A stretch of DNA of 64,000 nucleotides from the human T2T-CHM13v2.0 reference genome, Homo sapiens: assembly GCF_009914755.1 (NCBI RefSeq), contig NC_060931.1. The stretch is one strand, 5' to 3'. The translations under genes and the position numbers were made by a program. Positions within the stretch are counted from its first letter, which is position 1. Every line of letters starts with the position of its first letter. Positions 1 through 21,330 of the stretch are shown one piece after another. The notes under the pieces were generated by a model. It was given only the letters and a program-made list of their open reading frames with translations, was not told where the DNA came from and did no database searches.

Positions 1-166
1 GGAACCCTATGAAAACCCTGATATTTAAAAAGTGAGGAAAGAAAAAATACAGGGGAAAAATATCCCAAGAGGTAGGAGGACCAGGAACAAGTAGTTTCAA
101 AGGAGCCAGGGGAGGAAACATCAGCAGTATTAAATGCCAGCTAGAAGTCAAGAAAAAGAGGATTGT

Positions 167-463
167 GGCCAGCTGCAGTGGCTCACACCTGTAATCCCAG
201 CACTTTGGAAGGCCGAGGTGAGCGAATCACCTGAGGTTAGGAGTTCGAGACCAGCCTGGCCAATATGGCAAAACCCCATCTCTACTAAAATTAGCCGGGT
301 GTAGTGGCACACACCTGTAGTCCCAGCTACTCAGGAGCTGAGACACAAGAATCTCTTGAACCCAGGAGGCAGAGGTTGTGATGAGCTGAAATTGCACAAC
401 TGCACTCCAGCCTGGGCAACAGAGCAAGACTCTGTCTCAAGAAAAAAAAAAAAAGCAAAGCAA
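167..463 (+). mobile_element. Alu (AluS-type), full length
   Basis: Alu dimer with A tail; TSD agaaaaagagga(t/c)tg at 151-165 and 464-478. Confidence 0.95.
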
Positions 464-739
464 AGAAAAAGAGGACTGAAGTTTTTGGATTTAGTAAGGA
501 GGTCATTGTTGTGTTCGGCAAGAAGGAGTTTATTAGTAAAATGGGGATAGTAGCCAAACTGCAGTGAGTTCAAGACAGGATAAGAGTAGAGGATGCAGAT
601 AGATGAAGTTCTTTTATATAAGAAGGACTAAAGGGCAAGTAGGGAAGGAAAATAAAAGAGAGTGGTGTAATCCATGGTCTGCAAGCTTAAGGCTGCACAA
701 GGAAAGAAGGAAATACTACACTAATAGAATTCTTCATTC

Positions 740-1520
740 TCTCAGGCTTCAAATTAAATGGCATTACCACCCACCAATTGCTCAACACAAAAAGCATGTA
801 GATATTCTTGATTCTTCTCTTTTCCTCCGTTTTCACAATCCTCAGAATTCAGGTCAACTTTACCTCCAAAACATTTCCAAAATGTCTCTTTCGGTCTCCA
901 CTGCTACCACCCTAATACAAACCATCATCCCTCTTCTGTGCTCTTGTAATAGCTTTCTAAATGGTTTTCCTGCTTCTGCTCTTGTCCTCATTCACCACAG
1001 CACAGCTAGAGTTTCATAAATCATAAGTCTTAAGACATAAATCAGATCATGTGATTTCTCATCTTAGAATCCCTCCATGTCTGCTGATGGCACCTGTGAT
1101 AAAGTCCAGACTCCTCCTCCATGCAGGGCCCGTGGAGCCCTGTACGGCATCCCCGACCACCTCTTCAACCTCATCTCCCACCACTCTCCACCACCGCAGT
1201 GACACCAGCCTTATTTCTCTTCCTCAAACTTGTTGAATTTGCTCTTGTATTATAGGATTTACCCTATATACTTCCTTTTCCTGGAATACTCTTTTGGTCA
1301 TTCTGATCTTTGCTTATATGTCACCTCCTCAAAGAAGCCCTCCCTGACCACGCCACCTGAAGTGTCCTTCTCTCTCCACGTTTCCAACCATCCTATATAT
1401 ATTTTTTTCGTAGTAATGGAACTTTATTTCTATTTGTTTTTATCACATACGGTTGAAAACTCCTCTAAAATGCAAACCTTGTGAAGATTACTGGCATATA
1501 TCAGGCACTTAAAAAATATT
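740..1520 (+). mobile_element. L2 LINE 3' fragment
   Basis: Degenerate pyrimidine-rich L2-like text (e.g. ctccactgctaccaccctaatacaaaccatcatc, tcacctcctcaaagaagccctccctgacc); ends approximate. Confidence 0.7.
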
Positions 1521-1526
1521 AATTAG

Positions 1527-1680
1527 GGCCGGGCACGGTGGCTCACGCCTGTAATCCCAGCACTTTGGGATGCCGAGGCGGGCAGATCACGAGGTCAGGA
1601 GATCGAGACCATCCTGACTAACATGGTGAAACCCCATCTCCACTAAAAAGACAAAAAATTAGTAGGGCATGGTGGTGGGA
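1527..1680 (+). mobile_element. Alu, 3'-truncated (left arm plus start of right arm)
   Basis: Alu head to ggtggtggg, then abrupt end with no tail. Confidence 0.9.
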
Positions 1681-1839
1681 CTATATAATGAATATATATA
1701 TATATTCATTGGGTGTTTGTAGTAGGAAAAGGAGAAGAGCAACCATTTATTAGAAATTAGAGACATCAAGAATCAGTCTTAGTGTAATTGGAATGGCTAG
1801 TGGTGATGATTACTAGGATTTTAAGATTTTGGAAGTGGA

Positions 1840-1950
1840 AGAGTTACCAGCTGTGTGATCCTGGACGTTTATATTCTCTGAGCCTCACTTTGTAGTTAAC
1901 AATACTATATGCCTCACAAGGCTGTTAGGAAAATGAAACGAAATGGAATA
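1840..1950. mobile_element. MIR fragment
   Basis: ttaccagctgtgtgatcctgg...ctctgagcctca...cctcacaaggctgtt MIR core-like. Confidence 0.6.
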
Positions 1951-2079
1951 GGTATAGGCATAAGGCAGTCTTGTGAAATTATTTTCAGGAATTCAAGACT
2001 TCTGCAAATCAATTCACACATTCTACATATGCACTCCCTTGTAATGGAGTTAGCCCTTGATGATTACTTATTATTAGAA

Positions 2080-3130
<1,051 letters not shown>

Positions 3131-3777
3131 TTTTAAAAGACAGTTTACATTTTTTGGTCTGAAAAACATTATTTGTGGGGAGATAAAATAGAGCAGAGAA
3201 TGAGCAGATGTGGAGAGAATAGTTGGAAGGTACATTAATGGTTCCTGTGAGAGATCATGGTTGCCCAGATTAAGGCAGTGAAACACACAGGGAGAGAAAT
3301 GATGAGAGCCAAGAGTTATTTTAAAGAAACTGATGATTGATTGGAAATAGTGGGTTATGGAGAGGGAGACATTGTCATAGTTGACTTCTCTCCCAAGATC
3401 AGGTACATGAATAGAGGTGTCAAGACCATGACTAAGATGGAGAATCCTAGGACAGAAACAGAATTGCAGGGTGATACAGTTTGGATATTCGTCCCATTTA
3501 AATCTCATGTTGAAGTGTAATCCCCAATGTTGGAGGTGGGGCCTGGTGGGAGGTATTGGATCATGGGGGCAGATCCCTCATGAGCCTATTGATGATGAAT
3601 GAGTTCTCGCTCAATTAGGTCATAAGAGACCTGGTTGTTTCAAAGAGTCTGGGACCTCTGCCTTTTCTCTCTTGCTCCTGCTCACACCGTGTGACTTGCT
3701 GGCTGCCCTTCCCTTCTGCCATGATTGAAAGCTCCTGTAATAGTCAATTCTCACACTGCTATAAAGACATACCTGAG

Positions 3778-4089
3778 GGCTGGGTGCAGTGGCTCATGCC
3801 TGTAATCCCAACACTTTGGGAGGCCGAGGTGGGTGAATCACCTGAGGTCAGGAGTTCGAGACCAGCCTGGCAAACATGGTGAAACCCCATCTCTACTAAA
3901 AATACAAAATTAGCTGGGCACAGTGGTGGGCACCTGTAATGCCAGCTACTCAGGAGGCTGAGGCAAGAGAATCGCTTGAACCTGGGAGGCGGAGGTTGCA
4001 GTGAGCCAAGATGGCGTCATTGCACTCCAGCCTGAGCAACAAGAGCAAAACTCTGTCTCAAAAAAAAAAAAGAAAGAAAGAAAAGAAAG
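3778..4089 (+). mobile_element. Alu (AluS) inside MSTA LTR
   Basis: TSD aaagacatacctgag on both sides. Confidence 0.95.
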
Positions 4090-4891
4090 AAAGACATACC
4101 TGAGACTGGCTAATAAGAAAATAGGTTTAATTGGCTCATGGTTCTGTGGGCTGTACAGGAAGCATCGCTGGGGAGGTCTCCGGAAACTTACAATCATGGC
4201 GAAAGGTGAAGAGGAAGCAAACACATCTTCACATGGCCAGCACAGAAGAAAGAGAATGAAGGGGGAAGTGCTACACACTTTTAAACAAGCACATATCTTG
4301 AGAACTCACTGACTATCACGAGAAGAACAAGGGGGACATCTTTCCCCATGATCCAATCACCTCCCACCAGGTCCCTGCCCTAACATTGGGAATTACAATT
4401 CAACATGAGTTTTGGGTGGGGACACAGAGCCAAACCATAGCATTCCATCCTGGCCCCTCCCACATTTCATGTCCTTCTCACATTTCAAAACCCAATCATG
4501 CCTTCCAAACAGTCCCTCAAAGTCTTAACTCATTCCAGCATTAACTTAAAAGTTTAAGTCCAATATCTCATCTGAGACAATGCAAGTTTCTTCTGCCTAT
4601 GAGCCTGTAAAATCAAAAACAAGTTAGTTACTTCCAAGATACGATGGGGGTACAAGCATTGGGTAAATACTGCCATTCCAAAATGGAGAAATTGGCCAAA
4701 ACAAAGGGGCTATAGGCCCCATGCAAGTCCAGAACTCCAGAGGGCAGCATTAAATCTTAAAGCTCTAAAATAATCTCCTTTGACTCCATGTCTCACATCC
4801 AGGCCACACCGATGCAAGCGGTGGGCTCCCAAGGCCTTGGGCAGCTCCACCACTGTGGCTCTGCAGCATACATCCCCTGCAGCTGCTTTCA

Positions 4892-6113
<1,222 letters not shown>

Positions 6114-6948
6114 TCATGTCTCTGAAGTTCAAAGTTTCATAGATCTTGAGAGCAGGGGCATAATGCCACCAATCTCTTTCCTAAAGCATAGCAAGAGTGA
6201 CCTTCACTCCAGTTCCCAATAAGTTCCTCATCTCCATCTGAGACCACCTCAGCCAGGACTTCACTGTCCATATCACTATCAGCATTTTGGTCACAACCAT
6301 TCAACAAGTCTCTAGGAAGTTCCAAACTTTCCCTCATCTTCCTGTCTTCTTCTAAGCCCTCCAAAGTGTTCCAACCTCTGCCCGTTACCCAGTTCCAAAG
6401 TTGTTTCCACATTTTTGTATATCTTTATAGCAATACCCCAATTCTGGTATCAATTTTCTGTATTAGTCTGTTCTCGCACTGTTATAAAGACATATGTGGG
6501 ACTGGGTAATTTATAAAGAAAAGAGCTTTAATCGGCACATGGTTCTGTGGAGCTGTACAGGAAGCATAGCTGGAGAGATCTCAGGAAACTTACAATAATG
6601 GAGGAAGGCAAAGGGGAAGCAAACGCATCTTCACATGGCTGGCACAGAAAAGACAGGGTGAAGGGGGAAGTGCTACACACACTTTCAAACAACAGATCTC
6701 GCGAGAACTCACTCACTATCACATGAACAGCAAGGGGGAAATCCGCCTCCATGATCCAGTCACCTCCTACCAGGTCCCTCCCCCAACATTGGGAATTACA
6801 ATTCAACATGAGATTTGGGTGGGGATACAGAGCCAAACCATATCAGCTTCCCCAGACTCTCATCAGAAACAGATGCAGCACCACGTTTGTACAGCCAGCA
6901 GAACCAAGAACCAACTAAATTCCTTTTCTTTAAAAATTACCCAGCCTC

Positions 6949-7182
<234 letters not shown>

Positions 7183-8251
7183 ACCCAGCCTCAGATATGT
7201 CTTTATAGCAATGCAAGAAATGCAAGAATGGACTATCACACAGGGGAAGATCAAAAGTTCTAAGTGCAGATGTCCCCTGCAGAGTTGTAGATATGGGTGT
7301 GAGGTTCATAAGAGCTGCTGGAACTGGGTTTATAAATTTGAAAGAAGATTGCCTAGGAGGGTAGATAGAAAGACTCAAAGAAAAGTGGGTCCAGGTCTAA
7401 TCCTTGATCATTTAAGACTGAAAAGAAGAGAAAGAGCTGGCACTGGAGACTGAGAATCAGAAACCAGGAGACTACGGGGCCAAGGAAACCAAGAGAAGAA
7501 TCTGTTAAGGAGGATCAGCTCTTTGTTAAACACTGCCAAAAGGTCAAGAAAGATTATTTTAATTTGTTTCTCTCGTAAGCGTTAAGCTCCTTGAGAGTTA
7601 GTATTATTTTATTATTTATTTTTGTTTCCCTGGGGCTTGCCCTGTGACCCACACATAATAAATGATCAGTAAACTTTTGTTAGATTGAAGAAAGAGAGAA
7701 AGATGCATGGCAAGAAAGGCAGACATGCAGAAAGACAGTAGAATTTATGCTTGGGTCTCAAAAAATAAATAAGTAAAACAGATTCCCTTGAAGTTGACTG
7801 CAAACCCAGCTTGATCTTAGGAAATGTAAGGAGGTTCTTTCTGCTCCCTGTGTTTTACTCTTGAGCTAACACATTGATGGGGCTCCCACAGAACCATATT
7901 GTTGCCATGTAAGTACCTTCAGAAAACATTTTGAGAAGTGATATTCACCTGTGTCTGGTCAATCTGAGTCATTTTTATCTTTATTTAGGTCCTAGGTGAT
8001 GACGAAAAGGGCAATTTGCTTTTCCTCGTCTATGACTCCACCACATCACCCTGAATGAGTTGATGGAAACGGGGGCATCCATTTCTGTGCCACTACAGTT
8101 CTGTAATACACTGTAATCACTCATAACGCTGCCCAGCCCCAGTTTCCCATGAGAGAGAAAGGTGACTACTGGCAGGAAGAGACGTCTAACCTCTTAGAGA
8201 AACCACCAGCTTCTTAGTCTGTTATTGTTTCTGCATTAAAGTGTTGCTGCG

Positions 8252-8641
<390 letters not shown>

Positions 8642-8752
8642 CTACATAATAAAAGAGAGTGTCCTTGAACTGGAAATTTTAGGAAATACAGTAATAGATG
8701 TAGTTGAAACAATATTTAAAATGTTATGCCATCCTGTATCATTTAGTTATAC

Positions 8753-8996
8753 CAAAGATCAGCAAACTTTTTCTATTTCTATAAAGGGCCAGAAAGGAAA
8801 TAATCTAGGCCTTCCTGGCCCTACAGTCTGTCTCAGCTACTCAATTCTGCCATTGTAGTGCAAAGCAGCCACAGACAAAATTTAAATGAATGAACCTGGC
8901 CATATTCCAATAAAATGAATTTGAATTTCAAATAATTTTTATGTGTCATAAAATATCATTCTTCTTTTCACATTTTCCAATCATTTAAAAATGTGA
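8753..8996. mobile_element. MER58B-type hAT-Charlie element
   Basis: agcaaactttttct..aaagggccaga..ctactcaattctgccattgtagtgcaaagcagcc..ttccaataaaa..catttaaaaatgt. Confidence 0.75.
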
Positions 8997-8997
8997 T

Positions 8998-9344
<347 letters not shown>

Positions 9345-9489
9345 TTATGGAGTTGAAGATAAAAGGATAGATAATTGATAAGTAGGTAGGTAGGTAGACT
9401 GACAGACAAAAGATCTAGTGACTGATAAGTTCTGTGAGAATTGTTCAGGTGTATCACAGTATCAATGTATAAATGCAGTCTTTTAAAGC

Positions 9490-9720
9490 AACAATAGGCA
9501 GTCAGACAAAACTAAGTTTAAATCTGAGCTCTTTTGCATCCCAGCTGCATGACCTTGGGGTGATTACATACACCATATAAGCTTCAGTTTCCTCTTTTTG
9601 AAATGAGGATAATAACACCTACCTCTCAAGGAGGTTGTGAGAATTAAATAAGATCATGTATGTAAATCAGCAGGTGTAGTATCTGGGAAATGGTAGACAA
9701 TGAGTAAATGGTAGCTGTTG
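9490..9720. mobile_element. MIR
   Basis: cagctgcatgaccttgg..cttcagtttcctc..aataacacctacctc..gttgtgagaattaaat. Confidence 0.75.
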
Positions 9721-11100
9721 TTGTAGTATTACAGCAATATGAAGGTAGGTAACTTATTCAAAAGAAGCACACAACCAAAGGCAAAGCAGAGTAAGCTTGT
9801 AAGTCAAGAGGTCACAGACACATATAGAAACCCGCAAACCTGGGGGCTGAACACCTGGCCGAGAACATTTGGCTGAAAATAAAAGCAGAAGTGACATTGT
9901 CACAGGAGCATACAATAAGGCACCTGGCCAGTTGTCTTGCTTTTGTCTTCTCTAGCAACCAGCTGCTGGGTTGTCTAAGGAGCCCTACTTATGGGTCCAA
10001 CCCCCAGCCTCCCCAGTACTTAAACGCTGGCTCAGACTGGAGAAAGTCACCATTAGTATCGGCCCCACCATTGTGCTTCCTTTCAGTTAGGTCAGCCATG
10101 GGGCCTCAGACATCTGTAGCTCCCTCCTATTGTGCCTCCCCACCCCTCTGCCCAATATGGGTTTCCACCTTGCCCTCAACACCTCAGTCTCTGGTCCTCC
10201 TGCCTTGTATCCCAGTCTCCCTTTGGATGTGGGTCCCTTGTCTTGAACCCCAGCCTACTTTACCATGATCCTGATGTCTTCTTTAGCTTAGTTCTGACCA
10301 GTCATCTTTGCAGAGGGCTGTATTCTGCTGCCTACACCCCTGCTGTGCTCTCCTCAAACCATGGGACATATGCGCCTTCCCCTTTATAGATAACCCATTG
10401 CTAGGGTAAGGCTAAACTGCCTGGTATTAACAGCTTCCTGAACTTTATGTGATTAAGAGACACAAGGTTTTGCAGAGGCCAGCTGCCCAGATCCAAGCTG
10501 GTTTCTGTATTCATAGCCCGTGCTCTAGGGAGCATCCCCCAACCCTGGTCTTGGCTCATACCCTCTCTCCACTGGCTGTATGCAGTCAACTACTCCTAGC
10601 ATGCCTTGTGATCCTGTTATGGCAACATCAGTAATGCTTTCCCAATACAAATGACAAAATTATTGGCACAGGGACACGATATAGGGGTAATGGAGAACTT
10701 CAGCTTATCTGATATCTACTGACAGTCTCATTCTGCTGAAAAGTGATCGTCAAATAAAGTTGGCATGACTTAAATTTAAACTAATTGCTTACTGAAGAAG
10801 TACTATTCTGTGCTTAATTCTAACCAGCTAAGAAAAATATGTTGGCAAAGTAGAAGTGACAAACAACTTAAAATAAGTGACCAGGGCAGCTTTGAATTTG
10901 TAATAGCCAAAGAAGGCAATTCTGCACCTGCTAACCTGACATGAACGAGAGGAGCAAGTTAAGAGAAAATATGGACACAAGACTCCCTCTGGCCAGGAAC
11001 TAGGAAATAAAGGGCAAGAGGAGTCATATGATTGGAAGTGTACATTTTTACAAAATCAGTGGTTTAAATGAAGAAAAGACGAGCATCCAAAAAAAGATCA

Positions 11101-11699
<599 letters not shown>

Positions 11700-11908
11700 T
11701 CAGATCCGTGAGACCCATGAGAATAATGCCAGAAGGGCTAATGACCAGAGACAGCTGAGGTCTGGGAAAAGTATTGAAGACAATGAATTATGAACTTTTA
11801 TTTTTGCTTATGTTTATAGTAAAGAATAATAAAGAAGGAAGGATAGTACCATTGAATGGGGCAGACTGTCATATGTGAGTAGTTAAGTGAAAAATAGAGT
11901 CATTTAAC

Positions 11909-12714
<806 letters not shown>

Positions 12715-13789
12715 TCACTTAGTTCTGCTGGTATCAACCACACTCAGCAGATGAAGGGTCTACTTGGGATCTTGGAAGTGGCAGTGTAGCCAGTGACCAC
12801 TAACAGGTGGGAAAGAGTCAGAAAGGAGTTTGGAGGCCACACGCAGAGGCATATTATCTCATGGAGCACACAGAGGAGAGTGGGCGAGTACGACTGAAGA
12901 ACAGGAGTGCAGCAAATATTAGAGACAGGACAAGAAGGAAAAACTGATCAAAACCTCTGAGAAGGGGTAGAGAGAGCCCATTGCCGGCCCACAGAAGCCA
13001 CGTCACTGAACATGTGTGTCACAGAAGAGGATGGAATGGAGACAGGGGATATGTGTTGAAAAGATCAGGCATGGCCAAGATGCAAGAAGGAATAAAAGAA
13101 CTGCTGTGAAGATACTCAGAACAGTGTCTAACATGCAGTCAGATGGGAATGGCTTGCCCTGGGCAGGACATTTTGAACTGTGCCTGGAGCATAGTATGTG
13201 TCTACCACTGTGTCCTACCTCTTCTGAATCAATTAAATGATTGACTTAAAGCCCTGGTGCTCCAGGTTCCAACTATGTGGCTTCGATTAACCACATAGAA
13301 GTCTCCTCTGGGAAGGTATTTAGATCAGGATGTGGGTTTGGGATCACAGATCAGGAAAAGACATTGTGAACTGGTATAAGCAAGATGCTGAGTATATTTG
13401 TTTTTGTTTGCTTATTTAAAAAATGACAAGGAATGGTCCGAATAAGTAACCAGGGAAAAAGGGAGCCAAAAGCCAGAAACATTACCAGAATAAATTCAGG
13501 GGAGAGTTGGAGCTGTGGTCTGTTTCTACTAGGTCTGTGGAACTCATGTTGAAGAAGGAATTTAGAAAACCTATAGATCAGTTGGCTGTGGAGGAAATTG
13601 TTCCAACCATATATGAGCAGGCCCCTAGACACTGTGATGTGTCCAAGTGGTCCATATGCAGCTTGAACATAAAGAGAAGGGACCGAAGTATCGCCTCTGA
13701 TTCAAAAAAAAAAAAAAAACAACAAACAAAAAATGGAAAAACATGTGGCCAGGAAGAATGGAATGCATTTCAGATGGATTAAAGAATTA

Positions 13790-15060
13790 AATGTGAAAAG
13801 TGACCCATATAATAGGGGTGATATGTGCTGAAAAGATGAAAGTAGTGTAAGCATTTTTTGACCTTGGAGTGGTAAAGGCCTTCATGAGCAAAAAAGCAAT
13901 GGTTTATGGTTTATAAAAGAAAAGCATTGTACTTGAGAGGCTGAAGCAGGAGAATCACTTGAGTCCAGGAGTTTGAATCCAGCCTGGGCAACATAGCAAG
14001 ACTTTGTCTCTAAAAAAGAAGAAGAAAGAAAGGAAAACATTGATATATTTCATTGCTTAGAACTTTTAGCTTATGTAGATAAGGCAGTAGCACAAACAAA
14101 ATTAAAAGATACATGAGAAATTCTAGATTTTTTTTCATAGGGTCTTGTTCTGTTGCCTAGGCTGGAATGCAGTTGCACATTCATAGCTCGCTGTAACCTT
14201 GAACTCCTGGGCTCAAGCAATCCTTCCAGGTAGCTAGGACAACAGGTGTGTGCCACCATGTCTGGATAATATTTTTTTTTTAGAGATGGGGCGTCCCTAT
14301 GTTGCCCAGCCTGGTCTCGAACTCCTGGACTCACGTGATCCTTCCCCTTCAGCCTCTGGAGTAGCTAGGACCACACGTGTGTGCCACCTCACCTATTTTT
14401 TTTTTTTTTTTGGTAGAGACAGGATCTTGCTCTGTTGCCCAAGCTAGAGATTCTAGGACTTTATGTATATGACAAGCGGTAGTGTCTTTAACATGCAAAC
14501 AACTCATACACTTACAAGAAAAAGACAAGATCTCAAAAGAAGAACGGGTAAAGAACAACAAAAGGCAAAAAGGAAAAAAAGGAATTCAACTGGTCAATGA
14601 AAATGAAAATGGTCCAGTTTCATTATTAATTAATGAAAATGCAAATCAAAGTAAAACCCAGATGTCTTTGTGCCTAGCAAATTGTAAGAACTTTAAAATG
14701 ATATCTTACATGGATAAAGAGTCAGGGAAATAAGCACTCTCATACCACATTGGGAATATAAATTGGTATAAACCTTCTGAGAGCAATTTGGTATTGTGTG
14801 TTAAAAACCTTAACATACACAAACCACTTATTTAACACAGCAATTTCACCTTTAAGACTTCATCCTAAGAAAATAACTACAGGTACTAAGAAAATTTAAT
14901 GTAGAAGAATATTTAGTGTAGCATTCTTTATAATATTAAATACTTAGAGATAACAAATGTCCAAAAAGAATTATTGCATAAATTTTGTGTATTCCCATGA
15001 TGAAATCTATGTATCCAATAAAAAGCAGGTTATGGAAGATATCATGACATCAGAAAAAGT
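13790..15060 (+). mobile_element. Old L1 (L1ME-type) fragments with interspersed AluJ pieces (13930-14020 +, 14128-14446 -)
   Basis: A-rich L1 ORF2-end-like text (gaaaatgcaaatcaaag, aaattggtataaaccttctgagagcaatttgg). Confidence 0.6.
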
Positions 15061-15067
15061 TGGTCAT

Positions 15068-15369
<302 letters not shown>

Positions 15370-15899
15370 GGTCATTTATTTTTAAGTATATTTTCTCAGA
15401 AAAAAAGAAAGACTGACCACAGAAAAATATTAACAGTGGCAATATTGTGGTAGTGGATTTATAATTGATTTTATTTTATGGGTGTGATTTCTATAGTTAA
15501 GTTCACTTCGATAGACATGTGTGTTCTTATAGTCTGGATAAAGAAGAAATTTAAGATGAAATGGGAGCCAAGGTGAATGATGAAAGGATACATTTAAATT
15601 AGACAAAATTTAAATTTAGATGAGATTCAAATTTCAATGAGCTTCAAATCTTCTGATCCATACAAACTGTATCTAGGGATACAAAAGGAACTTCCAGGTA
15701 TGATTATAGACATGCTATGAGGAATTGCTGAGGATAGAACAAATACCATATGCCTAGGGTTGGGCAACTATGCCAATTTTTAAAAGGGAAAATGGTGGAT
15801 TCCAGAACCTACAGCCTGATAAGCTTAGTTTGGTTAGGGAAAGAAAGTTGGTATCAACGAGAGCCAACCTGGGTTCACTTAAGTACTTCCAAACCACTC

Positions 15900-16040
15900 T
15901 CATTTCCTTATCTACCATGTGCTTTAAGTCACGTAATCCTCATGCCAGACCTCTAAGGTAGATATTACTACCATTACCCCCATTTCACAGAAGTGGAGCC
16001 TGAGGTCATAAATGTCAAGTGATTTGCCCAAGATCCTCTA
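15900..16040. mobile_element. MIR
   Basis: ccccatttcacagaag..cctgagg..gatttgcccaagat. Confidence 0.65.
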
Positions 16041-16184
16041 GCTGGTTTAGTTTTTTCTGTCGATAATGTTAATACATAAGAAGATGACAGACATATTTGT
16101 CATACCTGTCATTGGACACAGGTTTTCAAGGGATGCTGGTGAATAATATAATGGACCATGGAACAGTATTATTCAGTATTATTA

Positions 16185-16886
<702 letters not shown>

Positions 16887-16929
16887 AGTGCAGATTAATA
16901 GGACATTGCTTACCTGGAGTTTTCTAAGC

Positions 16930-17545
16930 GGTAATAATAACACCACTTCCCAAGTACTTATGTGCAAGGTTCTATGCAAAAACGCTTTTCATTCATCATC
17001 TCAGTTAATCTTCCCCAGCAGCTGGAGAAACAGGTATTGTTATCCCCATTTTACAGATGAGCAAACCAAGGCTCAGGATGGTTTATGAACTTGCTTGTAA
17101 TCACCAGATAGCTAGTGATTAGAAGAGCTCAGATTCGGTCACAGAAAGTCTGGTTTCAGAAGCCATATGCTTAACTATTATACTAAAGTATCTTCTTTTG
17201 GTTATTGGCTCCTGTTATGCTCAAATTTTTTTATTAAAAGAAAGATGTATTAATCTTGAGGAATGACTTAAAAGGCATACTTCTGCTAAGGAATCAAAGT
17301 TGAGAGAATCAAAGAAAAGGAAGGCAAGAAAACCAACATTTATTGAGAACTTACATCAGGTATTATACTGCCCTGGTTTCAGACTCAGGACCACTTCGCA
17401 GTGCAGGTAGTATTAGCCCTATTTTCACTGATAAGCAGGTTGAGACTCAGAGATCACATGACATGTTCTAGGTTACAGGGCTATGTAATAAAACCAGAAT
17501 TCGAATACAGATCTGTCTGACTCCTAAACCTTTCCACTTTTTACT
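16930..17545. mobile_element. Two MIR copies
   Basis: tatccccattttacagatgagcaaaccaaggctcag; attagccctattttcactgataagcaggttgagactcagag. Confidence 0.7.
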
Positions 17546-18144
17546 ACTGGCTCATGAAAAGCCAATGTAAAAATATATAATAGTGGGAAAAAGTGTAAAA
17601 TCTTGCAATTGGCTTTTAAAAGTCAATTGTGTAAATGTTAGATTTGGAAGACATAGTATATCAACATTTCAAGTGCAAAAGATCTCAAGATTTGAGTTGA
17701 TCATAAAACACCATGAGTCAGCAGTGTGGCTGTGAGAACACTCGTACAATCTCAGGTGGCATTCACAGAAGCACTGTGTCCTGGAAAAGGGAAAGAATGT
17801 GCCTACTGGTTTCTAACTGCTTATACCAGATGGAGAGAATTGTGATTAATTCTGAGTGCCACATTTTAAAAGGGACTTTGACAGACTAGGGTATGGTTAT
17901 CCAGAGGAGAGCAGCCAACTGGTAACAAAAGACACATATACATACATACATATATCCATACATAACGACTGGATTATTTCACAGAGGTGAAATGATTGGG
18001 AAAGCCCCAGAGGTGGCTGGAAACCATTCTCAGTTAGCTGGAGGGCTGTCGTATGGAAAAAAGTCTTCTTATACTTGTGTGGCTCCAGAGGACAAAGCTA
18101 TGTTTGGAAGGAGGTAGATTTGGGCCAATAAATGAAAAACCAAA

Positions 18145-18552
<408 letters not shown>

Positions 18553-18799
18553 TCAACAAATATATATTGAATGGAATTGATGTGTTGCTGTACAAAAGCC
18601 CAACCAGCTGTCTTGTGGGGTAGCAGGCTCACTAGAGATTTTGAGCAGAAGCTAGATGGCCACTTGTACTCAGGACTCCCATTCCATAAAATAATTCCTA
18701 CTCCTTGCCCAATTCCACCTTCTTTCCAGCCTTACCTGCTTCCCTCCTGGCAACTTCAAAGACGAGTCTTCACTCAAGCCACTCCAGGCTGACTTCTTT

Positions 18800-20590
<1,791 letters not shown>

Positions 20591-20611
20591 GGAAAAGAAT
20601 CCACTTCCTGT

Positions 20612-21330
<719 letters not shown>

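Noticed and set aside
7996-8054. GTGATGA...CTGA as a C/D snoRNA, or a SECIS element
   Set aside because: Short, no terminal stem outside the boxes, and no GA quartet geometry.
9930-10620. CT-rich blocks here and at 24500-25130 that may be old LTRs
   Set aside because: I could not assign a family or termini from sequence alone.
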